Origin: the human T2T-CHM13v2.0 reference genome, Homo sapiens
Reading direction: 5' to 3' (one strand)
Assembly: GCF_009914755.1 (NCBI RefSeq)
Contig: NC_060947.1
Length of the DNA stretch: 64,000 bases
Part shown: one piece after another, positions 44,934 to 60,074 of the stretch
Layout: each line of letters opens with the position of its first letter
Position numbering within the stretch: the first letter of the stretch is position 1
Notes under the pieces: model-generated
Databases searched by the model: none
The model's input: the letters and a program-made list of their open reading frames with translations, nothing else
Told to the model about the DNA's origin: nothing
Position numbers and translations under genes: made by a program

Positions 44934-47517
44934 ACAATTTCTTTATCTACTCATTGATTGATGGGCGTTTGGGCTGGTTCCATATTTTTGCCATTGTGAA
45001 TTGTGCTGCTATAAGCATGCATGTGCAAGTATCTTTTCCGTATAATGACTTCTTTTCCTCCGGGTAGATACCCAGTAGTGGGATTGCTGGATCGAATGGT
45101 AGTTCCACTTTTAGTTCCTTAAGGAATCTCCACACTGTTTTCCATAGTGGTTGTACTAGTTTACATTCCCACCAGCAGTGTAAAAGTGTTCCCTTTTTAT
45201 TGCATCCCAGCCTACATGTATTAGTTTTGATTTTTTGATTATGGACATTCTTGCAGGAGTAAGGTGGTATTGCATTGTGGTTTTGATTTGCATTTCCCTG
45301 ATCGTTAGTGATGTTGAGCATTTTTTCGTATATTTGTTGGCCATTTGTATATCTTCTTTTGAGAATTGTCTATTTATGTCCTTAGCCCATTTTTTGATGG
45401 GATTGTTTTTTTCTTGCTAATTTGAGTTCCTTGTAGATTCCGGATATTAGTCCTTTGTCAGATGTATAGATTATGAAGATTTTCTTCCACTCTATGGGTT
45501 GTCTGTTTACTCTGCTGATTGTTTCTTTTGCTGTGCAGAAGCTCTTTAGTTTAATTAAGTCCCACCTGTTTATCATTGTTTTTGTTGCATTTGCTTTTGG
45601 GTTCTTGGTCATGAAGTCTTTGCCTAAGCCACGTTCTAGAAGGGTTCTTCCAATGTTATCTTCTAGAGTTTTTATGGTTTCAGATCTTAGATTTAAGTCC
45701 TTGATCCATCTTGAGTTGATTTTTGTATAAGGTAAGAGATGAAGATCTAGCTTCATTCTTTTTGGCTTGCCAATTATCCCAGCATCATTTGTTGAATAGG
45801 GTGTCCTTTCCGTACTTCATGTTTTTGTTTGCTTTGTCGAAGGTCAGTTGGCTGTAATTACGTATTTGGGTTTGTTTCTGAGTTCTCTATTCTGCTCCAT
45901 TGGTCTATGTGCCTATTTTTATATCTGTACCATGCTGTTTTGGTGACTATGGCCTTATAGTATAGTTGGAAGTCAGGTAATGTCATGCCTCCAGATTTGT
46001 TCTTTTTGCTTAGTCTTTCTTTGGCTATGCAGGCTCTTTTTTGGTTCCATATGAATTTTAGGATTGTCTTTTCTAGTTCTGTGAGGAATGATGGTGGTAT
46101 TTTGATGTGAATTGCATTGAATTTGTAGATTGCTTTTGGCAGTATGGTCATTTTCACAACATTGATTCTATCCATTCATTAGCATGAAATGTGTTTCCAT
46201 TTGTTTGTGTCATCTATGATTTCTGTCAGCAGTGCTTTGTAGTTTTACTTGTAGAGGTCTTACACCTCCTTTGCTAGATATATTCCTAAGTATTTTATTT
46301 TTTTGCCACTATTGTAAAAGGGGTTGAGTTCTTGATATGATTCTCAGCCTGGTTGCAGAGCTACTGATTTGTGTACATTAATTTTGTATCTGGAAACTTT
46401 GCTGAATTCATTTATCAGTTCTAGGAGCTTTTTTGGAGGAGTCTTTAGGGTTTTCTAGGTATACTATCAAATCATCAGCAAATAGTGACAATTTGACTTC
46501 CTCTTTACTAATTTCCATGCCTTTCATTTCTTTCTCTTGTCTGATTGTTCTGGCTAGGACTTCTAGTACTGCGTTGAATAGAAGTGTTGAGAGTGGGCAT
46601 TCTTGTCTTTTTCCAGTTCTCAGAGGGAATGCTTTCAACTTTTCCTCATTCAGTATTATGTTGGCTGTGGTTTGTCATAGATGGCTTTTATCACATTAAG
46701 GTATGTCTCTTCTAGGCTGAGGTTGCTAAGAGTTTTAATCATAAAGGGATGCTGGATTTTGTCAAATGCCCTTTCTGCGTCTATTGAGATGATCATGTGA
46801 TTTTTGTTTTTAATTCTGTTTATGTGGTGTATCACATTTATTGACTTGCAGATTTTAAACCATCCCTACATCTCTGGTATGAAACCCACTTTATCATGGT
46901 GTATTATCTTTTTGATATGCTGTTGGATTCAATTAGTTTGTATTTTGTTAAGGATTTTTGCATCTATATTCATTAGGGATATTGGTCTACATTTTTCTCT
47001 TTTTTTTTTGTTATGCCCTTTTCTGATTTCGGAATTAGGGTGATGCTGGATTCATAGAATGATTTAGGGAGGATTCCCTTTTTCTCTATCTTGTGGAATA
47101 GTGTCAGTAGGATTGGTATCAGGTCTTCTTGGAATGTCTGATAGAATTAAGCTGTGAATCCCTCTGGTCCTGGACATTTTTTTGGCAGTTTTTAAAATTA
47201 CCATTTCAATCTTGCTGCTTGTTATTGGTCTGTCCAGAGTTTCTAATTCTTCCTGGTTTAAGCTAGGAGGGTTGTATATTTCCAGGAATTTATCCATCTC
47301 TCTAGGTTTTCCAGTTTATGCACTTAAAGGTGCTCATAGTGGCCTTGAATGATATTTTGTATTTCTGTGGTGTTGGCTTAATATCTCCCATTTTCATTTT
47401 AATTGAGGTTATTTCCATTCTCTTGGCTGTCCTGGTATGTTCCTGCAGTACTTCTTGGAGCAAAAAGTCACAATGTGAGTCTGAACACGCTGCCCTCTGT
47501 CTAAGAGTTGCTATTTC
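44509..47517 (-). mobile_element. L1PB-type LINE, ~3 kb, with disrupted ORF2 fragments
   Basis: Minus-strand ORFs encode ORF2 peptides ([58 protein letters not shown]); 12-bp TSD GGTACATGAGAT. Confidence 0.9.
44894..44931 (+). repeat. (TA)n microsatellite within L1
   Basis: Direct reading. Confidence 0.95.
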
Positions 47518-47824
47518 GGTACATGAGATGTTTTGATACAGACATGCAATGTGAAATAAGCACATCATGGAGAATGGAGTATCCATGCCCTCAAGCATTT
47601 ATCCCTTGAGTTACAAACAATCCAATTACACTCTTTATTATAAATGTACAATTAAGTTATTATTGACTATAGTCACCCTATTGTGCTGTCAAATAGTAGG
47701 TCTTATTCATTCTTCCTATTTTTTGGACCCATTAACCATTCCCACTTCCCCCAAGCTTCCCACTACCCTTCCCATCCTCTGGTAACCATCCTTCTACTCT
47801 CTATATCCAGGCATATGGTTGTCT

Positions 47825-48423
47825 TTATTTTTTTAAAAAAATATGTGGGTACATAGTAGGTGTATATATTTATGGGGTACATGACATGTTTTGGTACAGG
47901 CTTGCAATGTGAAACAAGCACATCATGAAGCACATCCTTCCCCTCAAGCATTTATCCATTGAGTTGCAAGCAACCCAATTACACTCTTTAAGTTATTTTC
48001 AAATGTACAGTTATTATTGACTACAGTCACCCTATTGTGCTAGCAAATAGTAGGGCTTATTTATTCTTTCTATATATATATTTTTGTACCCATTAACCAC
48101 CAACACCTCCCTGCCAGCTCCTCACTACCCTTCCCAGACTCTGGTAACCATCCTTCTATTCTCTATGCCCATGAGTTCAATTGTTTTTATTCTTAGATCC
48201 CACAAATAAGTGAGAACATGCACTGCTTATCTTTCTGTGCCTTGCTTATTTCACTTAACAAATTATCTCCAGTTTCATCCATATTGTTGCAAATGACTGG
48301 ATCGCATTGTTTTTATAGCCAAATAGTACTCCATTGTGTACACATGGTACATTTTCTTTATCTATTCATCTGTTGATGGATACTTAGGTTGCACTCAAAT
48401 CTTAGCTATTGTAAACGGTATGC
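47825..48423 (-). mobile_element. L1MA-type 3' end no.2
   Basis: Second copy of GTGGGTACATAGTAGGTGTATATATTTATGGGGTACATG...CTCTGGTAACCATCCTTCT, extending further into the L1 than copy 1. Confidence 0.85.
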
Positions 48424-48528
48424 ATATGGCTGTCTTTAGATGTATCATTTTACTATTTGGTTTTTGTTTGCTACTTCTTATTTTTATCTTTCTGTTTTCC
48501 TGACATGGCCCTCTGTTATTTGAATATA

Positions 48529-48868
48529 CAGTTATATGCTGTATAAAGACATTTCTGTTAATGATGGAGCACATATATGATGGTGTTTCCATAAGATTAT
48601 AATATCATGTTTTTGCTATCCCTTTTCTAGATTTAGATATGTTTAGATACACAATATTTACTACCGTGGAATTGCCTAAGGTATTCAGTATAGTAACATA
48701 ACAGGTTTGTAGCCTAGGAGCAATAGGCTATACCATGTAGCCTAGTAGTGTAGTAGGCTATACCATCTAGATGTTTGTAGGCACACTCCATGATGTTCAC
48801 ACAACTGTGAAATTGCCTAGTGTCACATTTCTCAGAATGTGTCCTCATCATTAAGTGATGCATAACTA
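48529..48868. mobile_element. Tigger3a/MER7-like DNA transposon
   Basis: TA-flanked, degenerate TIRs CAGTTATATG/GCATAACTA; GGTTTGTAGCCTAGGAGCAATAGGCTATACC core. Confidence 0.8.
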
Positions 48869-51800
48869 TATTTTAGAATTTGATTTCAATTTATCTATTA
48901 ACTTTTCCCTATAATCTTTTAATATATACATATATTTAGTGGTTGCTCTAGGGATTAGAGTGTGCTTTCTGAAGTTGTTACTCTTCTAAGTATTAATAGT
49001 GTACCATTTACACAAAATATAGTAACCTTACAACCATATGGGTCTATATTCTCCACCTCCCCATCTTTTAAATGTAATGTTTGTTATGTACATTATAATT
49101 AATTACATTCTAACCCTGCAAGGGATTGACATAATGTTTGTTTTAAATAGCTGTAGGCATTTTAAAGAAATTAAGCGAGAAGAAGTTCTTTCATTTTCAC
49201 CCAAATACTTAAAAGTTTTTGATTCTTTTCATTCATTCCTAAAAATCTGAGATTCTCTCTGGTGTCATTTCTTTCCAGCTGAAGAACTTTCTTTGGCATT
49301 TCTTATGATTCAAATCTGTTGGTGATTCATTCTCTTAGTTTTCTTTTGTCTGAAAACATGGAATTTATTCTATGCCAGTTGCTTCCTCCAAACTTTGGCT
49401 TCTCTCTGAAATACACGTTTTTAATTTATAGTTTTCTATTTGTCATAGGATAATTTTTAGTAGCTTACTCATTCATACTGGAAGTGGAATTTCTATTAAT
49501 CAGTTTTTCAAAAATATTTAAAGCATGGGGAAGTGTTTCTGCAGTAATGATAAGTAAAAAAAACTATGACAATGAACAGAATGTATTCCAATTTTATAAA
49601 CAATAAAAGCAGTTATGCATTTATAATGTATAAATGCAAAGAAAATTTGTTTAAGTCTTAGTAAGGATTTTTTCTTGCTGGTTGGATTAGGGCTAATTTT
49701 TATTTTGTTCTTTAGAACTTGCTATAAGTTATATTTTTAAGAACACATTTAATTTTATTATCATAAAAATAATAAAATTGATTTAAAAAGATATTGGAAG
49801 GCAATGAATGAATAATTAATAAATGACTCAAAGAGCCAATAAATCCTCCAGTAGTTCAGAGGAGGAAAAGGTTTCAAGACCAGAAATCTTTCAGACCAGA
49901 TTGCTTTGTCTATTGTATTTATATTTTTCCTAAGAATATTGTATGGTTATATTGTTTCAAAATGTATAAGCATTAAAGATCAATTAGCTGGAATGTCCAA
50001 GAAAAAGAACACTTTGATTAAAAGAACTTTTATCTGATATTTAAGCAATAAAAGTTTTCAGTTTCAACACACTTACTGGACAATATTTTTAAAACATATG
50101 AGCCCATTTCTCTGCCTTATATTCTCAACATAATTGAATCTTCATTTGAAGACTAATGATCTTTCAGGGCCTCAGACTGTTCATACTGCACATCAGTGAT
50201 TCCTATAGAGGACATTGGAGGAAGTCTTTAGTCCGTGTTCACTCAGGATATAACCTGGAAGTTGGATTTGTAATTATCTAATATGTAGTTTAGTTTACAA
50301 CTTGCCCCTTTTATCTAAAAAGTTAGATTCCAAAAAAAGCCTGTTTTAATGTTTATGTAATTTGAGGATTCTGGTGAAAGAGGGGGCTGTTTATTTGAAA
50401 TTTTGGTAAACATAGAAAACATAGTTGTCATATTGTATTCCAAAAGTAGCTCTTTTCAAAATTGTTTCACTGAAAAGTTCTTTCCATATTTGAAGATTAA
50501 AGCAGAAAAAATGATACCAGAGAAACAAAGAATAATTCTCCTATGAAGTTTGATAAAAGAGATTTATGAGATTATCATCTCAGTCTGAGAATATTTCCCT
50601 AGATGGAAAATAAAATGTTGGAGGAACTGAAAATAGAAAACAATATAAGTTAAAAAAAATAGATAAATACAAGTTACCAATTACTTCATTCTTCTTTTGC
50701 CTAGTTCCCCCATACAGCCTCTGAACCAGAAATAGAAACCAAGCGGGAGGCTGAATGAGAAACTTATCTCTCTGCCACCCTTGCTAACAGAATCAGCCCA
50801 TGGATGAAACACAATGAAAAATACTCATATTGTAGCTCAAAAAAGAGAGAGGCTTGCCATATAACTTCTTGAATTTAAGGAATAAAATTCCTTAATGAGA
50901 AAAATGTTAGAATGCACCTTCTACCTCACCTATGTCACCCAGCACTTATTTAAACTGTCCCCCTCTAAAACCACTTTACATTCTACTTCCTCCATGTGTC
51001 CCTCTTCAAATTCTATCATCGGCCTTTGAAACGTTTGCTGTGAATACTTTCCAAAGTTATGGTGAGAAATATGTACTGCAGGTAGCTCTTCACCTTTTTC
51101 AGTGGTAAAATATTTTATGGGGAAGTGGTGGTGGGATAGGGTGACAGGAGCAGGATTATACAAGTAAAAAGTTTTTCCATAATTTTTATGTTCATCTAGG
51201 TATTCTTGATTTCTCTTTCTCTGTCTCTGAGCAGGACTTGGACACTTACCTTTAAGTGTACTATCATCTATGAATTTAATGTGCATCATTGTAGTCACTG
51301 TTGGGGAAAAAATAAATTTCCTTAAATCCAAAGCAAGCCTTTTGAAATATCACTCAATATTTTACCCTTATCTTTCCACCAGTTCACTTTTCCTTCATCC
51401 TAGACTCTCTTTCTGCTCCATGATAGAGGTTAAGACAAGGAGCACTGGCAAAAAGTTGGGGTAGGATTGGAAGAGAAACAGCAGTCATCTGCAGGCTCCA
51501 TTTTCACCTGCAGGGTTGCTATAATATAAGAGTTATTAACATGCCAAGTCTTATGTTCTTGGTCTTTAAAAGTGCCTTATAGCATACTCCAGTTAACTGT
51601 TTATTGCTCCCATTTCCAACCCCCCTACTGTGGAGTGTCTTGCTAATGCTGGGAAATCTCCGGATTACATATTGTCATTCCCCACTGAAGACAGAAATAA
51701 GCACTCAGTTGCTTTCAACATTATTTTCCACTTTCAGTACCCACTGTGCTATGGTTCAGTAGAGTACTTTGTAGGTGGTTAAATTCAAATTTATTTTTTC

Positions 51801-53054
51801 TATCAATATAATGTTATAAAACTTGCCCTAATGTCTTTAATCTGTATTATATGCTGTATAGATAACAGAATACTTTTCCTAATGAAAATAGCTAATATAT
51901 GCTATATATATGGAGTTTTAAATTGTGATAATAATGTCTTTTTGGTGACTGTAGTCTTCACTTTCTGATGTAAGGTTTTGTAAAAATGGCTAGTGATTTT
52001 ACTGATTATCCTCAAATGGCCCAATAAACACAGTCTTAATGATTCTATGAATATATTTTCAAAATAATTTTGCTCAATAAAATGTCTATGTGGTAGGAGT
52101 TTTAAGCCCTGCACAATTTACTCAAAATAAATTCAATTAATCTTTAAATGTTGCAGTCAATAATTTGCTTTATTTATTTTAGAAAAAACATAACAGCTCT
52201 TTTTCAATCTAAAAGAGATGTAAAAACCAAGACTTTCTTTAATTCTACACAATGCTTATGCATGCTTATAAAATTTTCAAAAGTCATTTTTCAAGGAAAA
52301 CTGCATTTCTTAATCTCTGTTAATGTTTTGCCTCTATCTGGTTCCAGTAGACTGCCCAGGCCCTCCAGTGATTATGTTGAGGAGGCTGTGATCTAGTGTA
52401 TTACTCAGATATTGTTGTGGAAGTGCTGGTGCCTGCGCACCACAGGAATTAGAGGAGAATGAAGGGAAATTGATTTGCAAATACTTGAAAGAAAGACTCA
52501 GAGGAATGGATTCTGGTACTCTTTTAAGGGCTCGTGTTTTTTTTCTCTGAAAGGAGAAACAACACAATTAATATGTCAAGACAACAGAACTAGCTTCTTA
52601 GAATTAATTTGAAAACAAAAAGTGAAAAAGAAAACTGTTCAAGGATCTTTCTGATCTGACTAGAAGGTTCTGTACTCTTTCAGAGATTTCAGAGGGTGCT
52701 GATAAAGAACCCTACCTTTTTTGACTAAGGCTCTTTAAGTGTGAGGCTGTATCAGCATTCAGTACCACTCATCATTCTGATATCTAGTCAGAAATATGAA
52801 GTAGCTGAGAATAACTAGTAGCTTTGTAGAAAAAGAAAGCAGTTCTGCATCAGAACTATATATGTATAGTGACTCTACGAAAAGAAATGATTTCAAAACC
52901 TGAGGCCCAAAAAGTCAAATTTTGAGAGGTATTTTGCTAATCTCAATTCACTAGATAATTAAAACAATTTACATTGCTTTAAAAATTATAGAAGCAATCT
53001 ACGTTCCTTGTAAAACACAGAATGATACAATGCTACATAGGAAAGTATTAGGTC

Positions 53055-53450
53055 AACTGAAAAAGTGGAATATGGCTGGTAGATTAGGGAAGTGTACTGT
53101 TTTGATGTTAAATTTCCTGAATTTGACAACTGTACTGTGGTAATATAAGAAAAATATTACAATATAGAGGAGATACTCACTGCAGTATTTAAAAGTGAAG
53201 AGCCTCATGCAACTTACACTCAAACAGTGCAGAAAAAATGTTATGTGTATACGTGTGTGTACAGATGTCTGTGTGTGCATGTGTGAATATATGTAGATGT
53301 ATATGAATATGGCAGGGAAAAAGCCAACAATAAAGCAAATAGGGTAAAATGCTAAGAGGTGAATCTATGTAAAGGATATGTGAGTATTTTGTACATTTTA
53401 ATTTTTGCAACTTTGAAGTTTGAAATCACTTTCAAGAAAACTAAAAAAAA
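53055..53450 (+). mobile_element. L1MC/ME-type 3'UTR fragment
   Basis: ATGTTAAATTTCCTGAATTTGACAACTGTACTGTGGT...TTTTTGCAACTTT. Confidence 0.65.
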
Positions 53451-54096
53451 TTAAAATATGAAAGCTCCTTCCTTCTGGATTTTTTTTTTTGCATAAACAT
53501 CACACACTGAGATGTTTTAAAATATAAATAGAATAATGCTATATATTTAATTTCATGATTTTTTCTTTTTTACTTATCAACATGTATTGAATTGTGTTAA
53601 TGTTTCAGGCACTTGATTTCAAAGTACGTGTTCATCTTATTGTAGCCAAGTTGCCAAGTTTTTTTTTTTTTTTTTTGAGGACCAAGTAGTCTGTGCTTCT
53701 CAATGACCCACTGACTCCTATACATGTGTTTAAAATAACTTTGTCAACATTTACATAATAGTACAAAGATTGGGAATTTGAGAAATCCATAATATTTCTA
53801 GGGTCTTACTATGGAGAAGAAAGCCACATTATGAAATTCAACTTCAATTGTTCCTTGATTCACTTATGGAAAAGGTAGTTCATTCATATGGTTCAAATTC
53901 CAAACTGCACAAAAAAAGCATACAGTGAAAAGCATTCTTTCCACCTTCTTCTGCTGATACCCAGCCCTTCTTTTCTGAAGCAGCCAATGCTATTGCTTAC
54001 TTATGCATTCATCCAGAGATATTGCATGCATTTACATTATGTGTGTTTGCACCATTATATCTTCACAGCATATATATATGTATGCATATTAATATA

Positions 54097-54478
54097 CAGT
54101 CATGTGTTGCTTAATAACAGGAATAGAGTCTGAGAAATGCATTCTTACGTGATTTTGTTGTGTGAAGACCAAAGAGTATACTTACATAAACCTAGAAGGT
54201 ACAGCCTACTACACACCTAGGCTATATGGAAAAGCCTGTTGCTCCTAGGTTACAAACCTCTACAGCATGTGACTATACTGAATACTGTAGGTGATTGTAA
54301 CACAATGGTAAGTATTTATGTATCTAAACATAGGAAAAGTAATGTGTTGTGCTACAATGTTACAATAGCTATGATGTCATTAGGTGATAGAAATTTTTCG
54401 GCTCCATTATAATCTTAGGCGATCGGCATGATATGTGGTCTGTTGTTGACCAAAATGTCTATATGTGGTGCATGACTG
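54097..54478. mobile_element. Tigger3/MER7-like DNA transposon
   Basis: TA TSDs, TIRs CAGTCATG...CATGACTG; GCCTACTACACACCTAGGCTATATGG core. Confidence 0.88.
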
Positions 54479-54499
54479 TATCTGTGTAATATTCAAATT

Positions 54500-55630
<1,131 letters not shown>

Positions 55631-55639
55631 TTGCCATCA

Positions 55640-55850
55640 GGAATGGGCACAAGTTCTGAGGGGCCTGAAGGTTATATACAATTTTGGGGACCTTCCTCAG
55701 GAAAATGAATATAAAATTACAAAAACAAAATAAGATGTCTGATAAAAATGGGGATATTTGTTTAGAATGAGAGAATAAATGACAAAATTCACAAGTACTA
55801 AAAAGCTTACAGACACCATGAATATCATAAAGTTTAGAAAAATAACAATC
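55640..55850. mobile_element. hAT (Arthur1/MER69-like) end fragment
   Basis: GAGGGGCCTGAAGGTTATATACAATTTTGGGG resembles the recalled consensus end. Confidence 0.45.
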
Positions 55851-56141
55851 TTTAGATTTTTACATAAAACACTTTATTGCTTATTTGTTTAATTTCTAAA
55901 AGTTATTTTATTTTTTCTCTGAATATTCCTCATTAAAGGGATATTCTTTCTGTTCTTGTGTCTCACCTCTATAATACTTTACCTGAGTATATCACTGAGT
56001 GTTTTATAAAGTTTTCTTCTCCTTGCATAGTCTCCATTTCCTTCAAGTTTCTTTCTTCTTCTGTTTATTGTTTAATTTTTTATTTTTGTCTCTAACTTCT
56101 ATGTTGTGTACTTTCCTCAGGATATGGCAATCCTTGCTTGT

Positions 56142-56615
56142 TGACAAGGATCCTTTGCTTGGCTGAACTTTAGTCAGGCTCCTGAAACTTCTTCTAGGCC
56201 TATCTGTGCACTTCCTTGTAAAATCCAGTTTTAGCAAAGAACCCTGCTAAGTCAGTTTAGCAAGAATCACCCAGCCTTGATATTTGATAGTCCTCAGTAT
56301 CTAACCGGGTTCGTCATTGTCCACCATCTCCCAGGTGATGTCTGATCACCTTGGCCTGTCTTCAGCAAGGATACTATTAGGTCAGTTTAGCCAGAATCTC
56401 CCTTACCCCTGATATTCTGTCTTAGTAATTTTCCATCTACTGGCCTCCACTGGGCTCCCTGGCTGTAAATTCCCATGCTGTATTTGAAAGTGAGCCCAAC
56501 TTCTCTCCCACACTGCAAAATCCCGTTGTAGTGATCCTTATACCTATCATGATGGTCCTGAATAAGGTCTTCCTTACCATACTTTAACAATGTAATTGAA
56601 AATTTTTCTTCAACA
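56142..56615 (+). mobile_element. MER31-like ERV1 solo LTR
   Basis: TG...CA ends, AACTTTAGTCAGGCTCCT, repeated GTCAGTTTAGC(A/C)AGAATC, degenerate poly-A signal GAATAAGG near the 3' end. Confidence 0.75.
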
Positions 56616-58269
56616 TCTGTTCATGTTTGAAAGTGCTGAGAGTAACTCAGAGTCTGTGGCTATGGTTGGTTTACTTGGTGTGTGAGTGGACTGTTCGCTG
56701 GGAGCTCCCTGGTGTCTCTATATTCAGGTTTTTCTTCTTGGGCTCATCAGTTTCTCCAGAGAAAACTTTTCCAGTCTCTTGCCTGGAGAATGGAAGACTG
56801 GGTTGCAGTGTTTTGCACACTAAGTGAGGGAAGCATCCAGTTTATTATGCATATGGTTGCTTAATCTCATTGTTTTAGGTAAAGTGTCTAGGTCCACTAT
56901 ATCTAGTCTTCCAGTTCAGTGACTCTCTATTTTTTCCTGAAAGCTGGAGAATAATCTTTCAAACATCTGCAGGGTAGGGAAAAGACAGTTACCTAGCTCT
57001 GGAATGAGGGAAAGGATCTTTCTAGATTAAACTGAGTTTCATCCAAACCTCCTAATTTTAGCTCTCTTTTCCTGAACTCTCTCAGTTCCAAAGGTATCTT
57101 GTTTTGCTAATTTCCAGGCTTTATGGGTATACTGGATTGTAAATTGAATCATTTCTCAGCTTTCTCCACTGCTGGCTGAGTTCTCTACCTAGGTCAATTA
57201 ACTAAGTCTACCCAAGTCAACTAACACTAATCCCTCTGCTTTCTATTTCAAAAAATTGTGTTGCTGTTATCTCTTCTAATGTTCTTCTCGGTCTTCAGGA
57301 CTTTTGTCGTAAACAATTTTTTCCCTCCATTTTTAGTGGGGTTTTGAGGGGCATTAAAATCAGTTTCCTATATTCAATCCATCATCTATTCCAGACCTCC
57401 TTGAGATGCAACATTTTAATACTTAGTTGCCTTACTGTTATATTTTGACCGGGAGTCCTGATTCCATTTCCTTTTCAGGGTAACCACCACACCACCTCCG
57501 CCACCACCACAACAAATTTAGCTACCCATCTTTCATCATGTGGGAATTAATTACAGAAAAGAGGGCACATTATTTCATGTCAATGATTCAACAGTGATGA
57601 ATTGAGAATCTATTGTGTGTCAGGCACTGTGTTAGGCATTTAATATTAAATATGCTAGAATATTAATATCAAATATTAATACACAATTTAAAAACATTAA
57701 ATATATAGAAATATTAATAATGTTTAGTACATATCTGCATAGGGATCACAGTTTAGCAGTTTTAACAGTGATGTAGATAAAAAATGCTATGCATAATATC
57801 AGAAGTAAGTAATAACAAAGTTCAAAGATAGCTTAGAGGAAGGTATTATCAACTCTCTTCATGGAAGTCTTCCTGAAGGCATTGATACTGAAATAGGAAA
57901 GCAGGGGTGGTATCTTCCTATTTAGATAAAAAATATATACTTAAGTTAGTTTATACAATATAAATCTTTCACACTTCTGATTTTGGTCTTAGGGCTCTTT
58001 TAGATGTTAGAATCCCAGACACAAAACAGAGATAAATAAGTAGCTATTTCAGACCGTATTAATTCAAGATGACAGAATGTCACAGTAGCTATGTTTACAA
58101 CCCTAATTCACAGAAGCAAAAGAGAAGACACGCAATGAAGTATTTTTTTGTCTTCATTGGGATGTTGTGGTGTTTAATGTGCTGACGTATAAAAAGTGCT
58201 TTATAAGATCATAATATTAAAACATTTTATTATCAATTCAAAAACAAAAGCTGATATCTTAGTGACATA

Positions 58270-58810
58270 AGATGATTTAACAAGTACTGAGCACCTACTA
58301 TGTATTGGGAACTCTTCAGGTGTTGGAGATACGGTGATGAACAAAACGGAGGGTGGAGGACACAGCTCAAACAAGTGTCAAAAGTGTAGTAAATACAGGT
58401 TAATAAATACAGGTTGCTATATATATATATAAAATAGCATATAACAAGTTGAGCTAACATAGTTTTGGACTTCTGGGAAGGTCTTCCTGAAGAAGTTATA
58501 CTTAAACGGAGGCAGAAAAAAATGATGTGAAGTTAGCCAGGTGAAGTTGGAAGTGAGAGGAAAGAATTTTGGACAAAGGATACAGCACATGTGAATGTCC
58601 TAAAGTGGTCCAGAGTAAGGTTCATTCAGAAACCTGCGAAAAGGTCAGCAGCATGTCTGAAGCCTAAAGTGTGAGGCAGAGAGTGACACAATACAAGACT
58701 GAAGTGATAAACAACTGCCAGTTGATACACTTGTAAGAATCTATGTTAATGAATTTAGATTTTATCCGAACAATAATGGACATTGAAGAAGTTTATGCAG
58801 GGGAATGGCA
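58270..58810 (-). mobile_element. L2 fragment
   Basis: TTTAACAAGTACTGAGCACCTACTATG...GGGAAGGTCTTCCTGAAGAAG...AGTTAGCCAGGTGAAG. Confidence 0.7.
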
Positions 58811-60074
58811 TTTTTATATGTATATTTTTCAACAAAGCATTCTGTTGATATAATTAGAATATTATAAATTTTCAAACCCTTGATAAAATAATGAATCTGA
58901 GAAATGATCATCAATGGCAGTGGGTATTATGTACACAGCACTGTCTATGACATATTTATCTTAATATAAATATTGAATCTAAATTAGATCAAACCTCTAG
59001 ATCTAACTATGAATTTATAGGAAACGCAGGAAGACAGAAAACAAGATCAATACACCACAGAGATACAATCAAGATTGTTTAGAGATCAGTGGTGACCATG
59101 AATATATAGTGTTAGCAACATGTTTAGTTGTAAAATTTTCATCATTAGTGCTTAGCGGTATGAGTATGGTAAAAACAGAAATATTTGACATTTAAAAACA
59201 AAAAATGTCGAGGGTCCAAATCAAGTTTTATTTACCTAAGTTATAATTTCCCTTTATCTCCCAAGGATTTTGTGAGTAAAAACAAGGTAATACATTAAAA
59301 GAACTTTAAGATCTTTGGAAGGAATGTCCTTATTAAATACAGAGTGATACTACCATGATTATCACATAAAATTAAGCTATTTGAGATGTTTTTTATGTTG
59401 TTTTTTGTTTGACTCTTGCATTACATGCCATTGATTTCCCTTTGATCCATCTCCTCATGATTAACTTAGGTACGATTTTCCTAAGGCATGATATTATCCT
59501 GTCAGTTTAAGAAACTTCAGAGTAAATCAAAACCCGATGATGCCTGTGATCACAAAATAACAAACATGTCAAAATAGAAGTGTCGTTTTAAAAAAATTTA
59601 ATAGCAACTTGTATCTTCCATCAAAATCCACTCAAGGAATTTCCAAATATCAACTAGTTTATAGTTAGGAAGTGGATTTCATTTGAAAGTTAAATGTGTA
59701 TTTGAATGAAAATGTATTCTGTATTTTAAAAGTACCTTTTTTGTGATACAGTCTAATGTTTATTTTTATGTTATGGCAGGTACACTTGCATTTTCAAAAT
59801 TTAAAACATATAAAAAGTGGTTAAGAACTAACATTTGTATCAATAGTTGATAAATCTCTAAGATTTTTTATTATACAGCAGAGTACAATGGTTGTGCTAA
59901 TGCCAACAGGGCACCATGAAATTTAGTCTAAAAATATCACTAGGCTTTATACAAGCAACAACGTATACTGCTGGTTTTAGAATTTCAGGACATGGTCTGC
60001 TTCTAATACTAAGCAGTCTTTTACTATTTTTAATGTTGTGCATTTTTATGGTATTTAGTTTGGGAAATGTTTTA

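Larger units (their letters stand above)
44451..47812 (-). mobile_element. L1MA-type 3' end no.1 (44451-44508 plus 47518-47812), split by an L1PB
   Basis: TTTTTGTGGGTACATAGTAG...GGTACATGAGAT resumes at 47518 as GGTACATGAGATGTTTTGATACAG. Confidence 0.8.

Noticed and set aside
44947-47297. L1 ORF2 peptides as an active retrotransposase
   Set aside because: Fragmented by stops and frameshifts; ORF1 and endonuclease are absent.
50930-51331. 133-aa minus-strand ORF in unique sequence
   Set aside because: Non-ATG start and no recognisable domain; compatible with chance.
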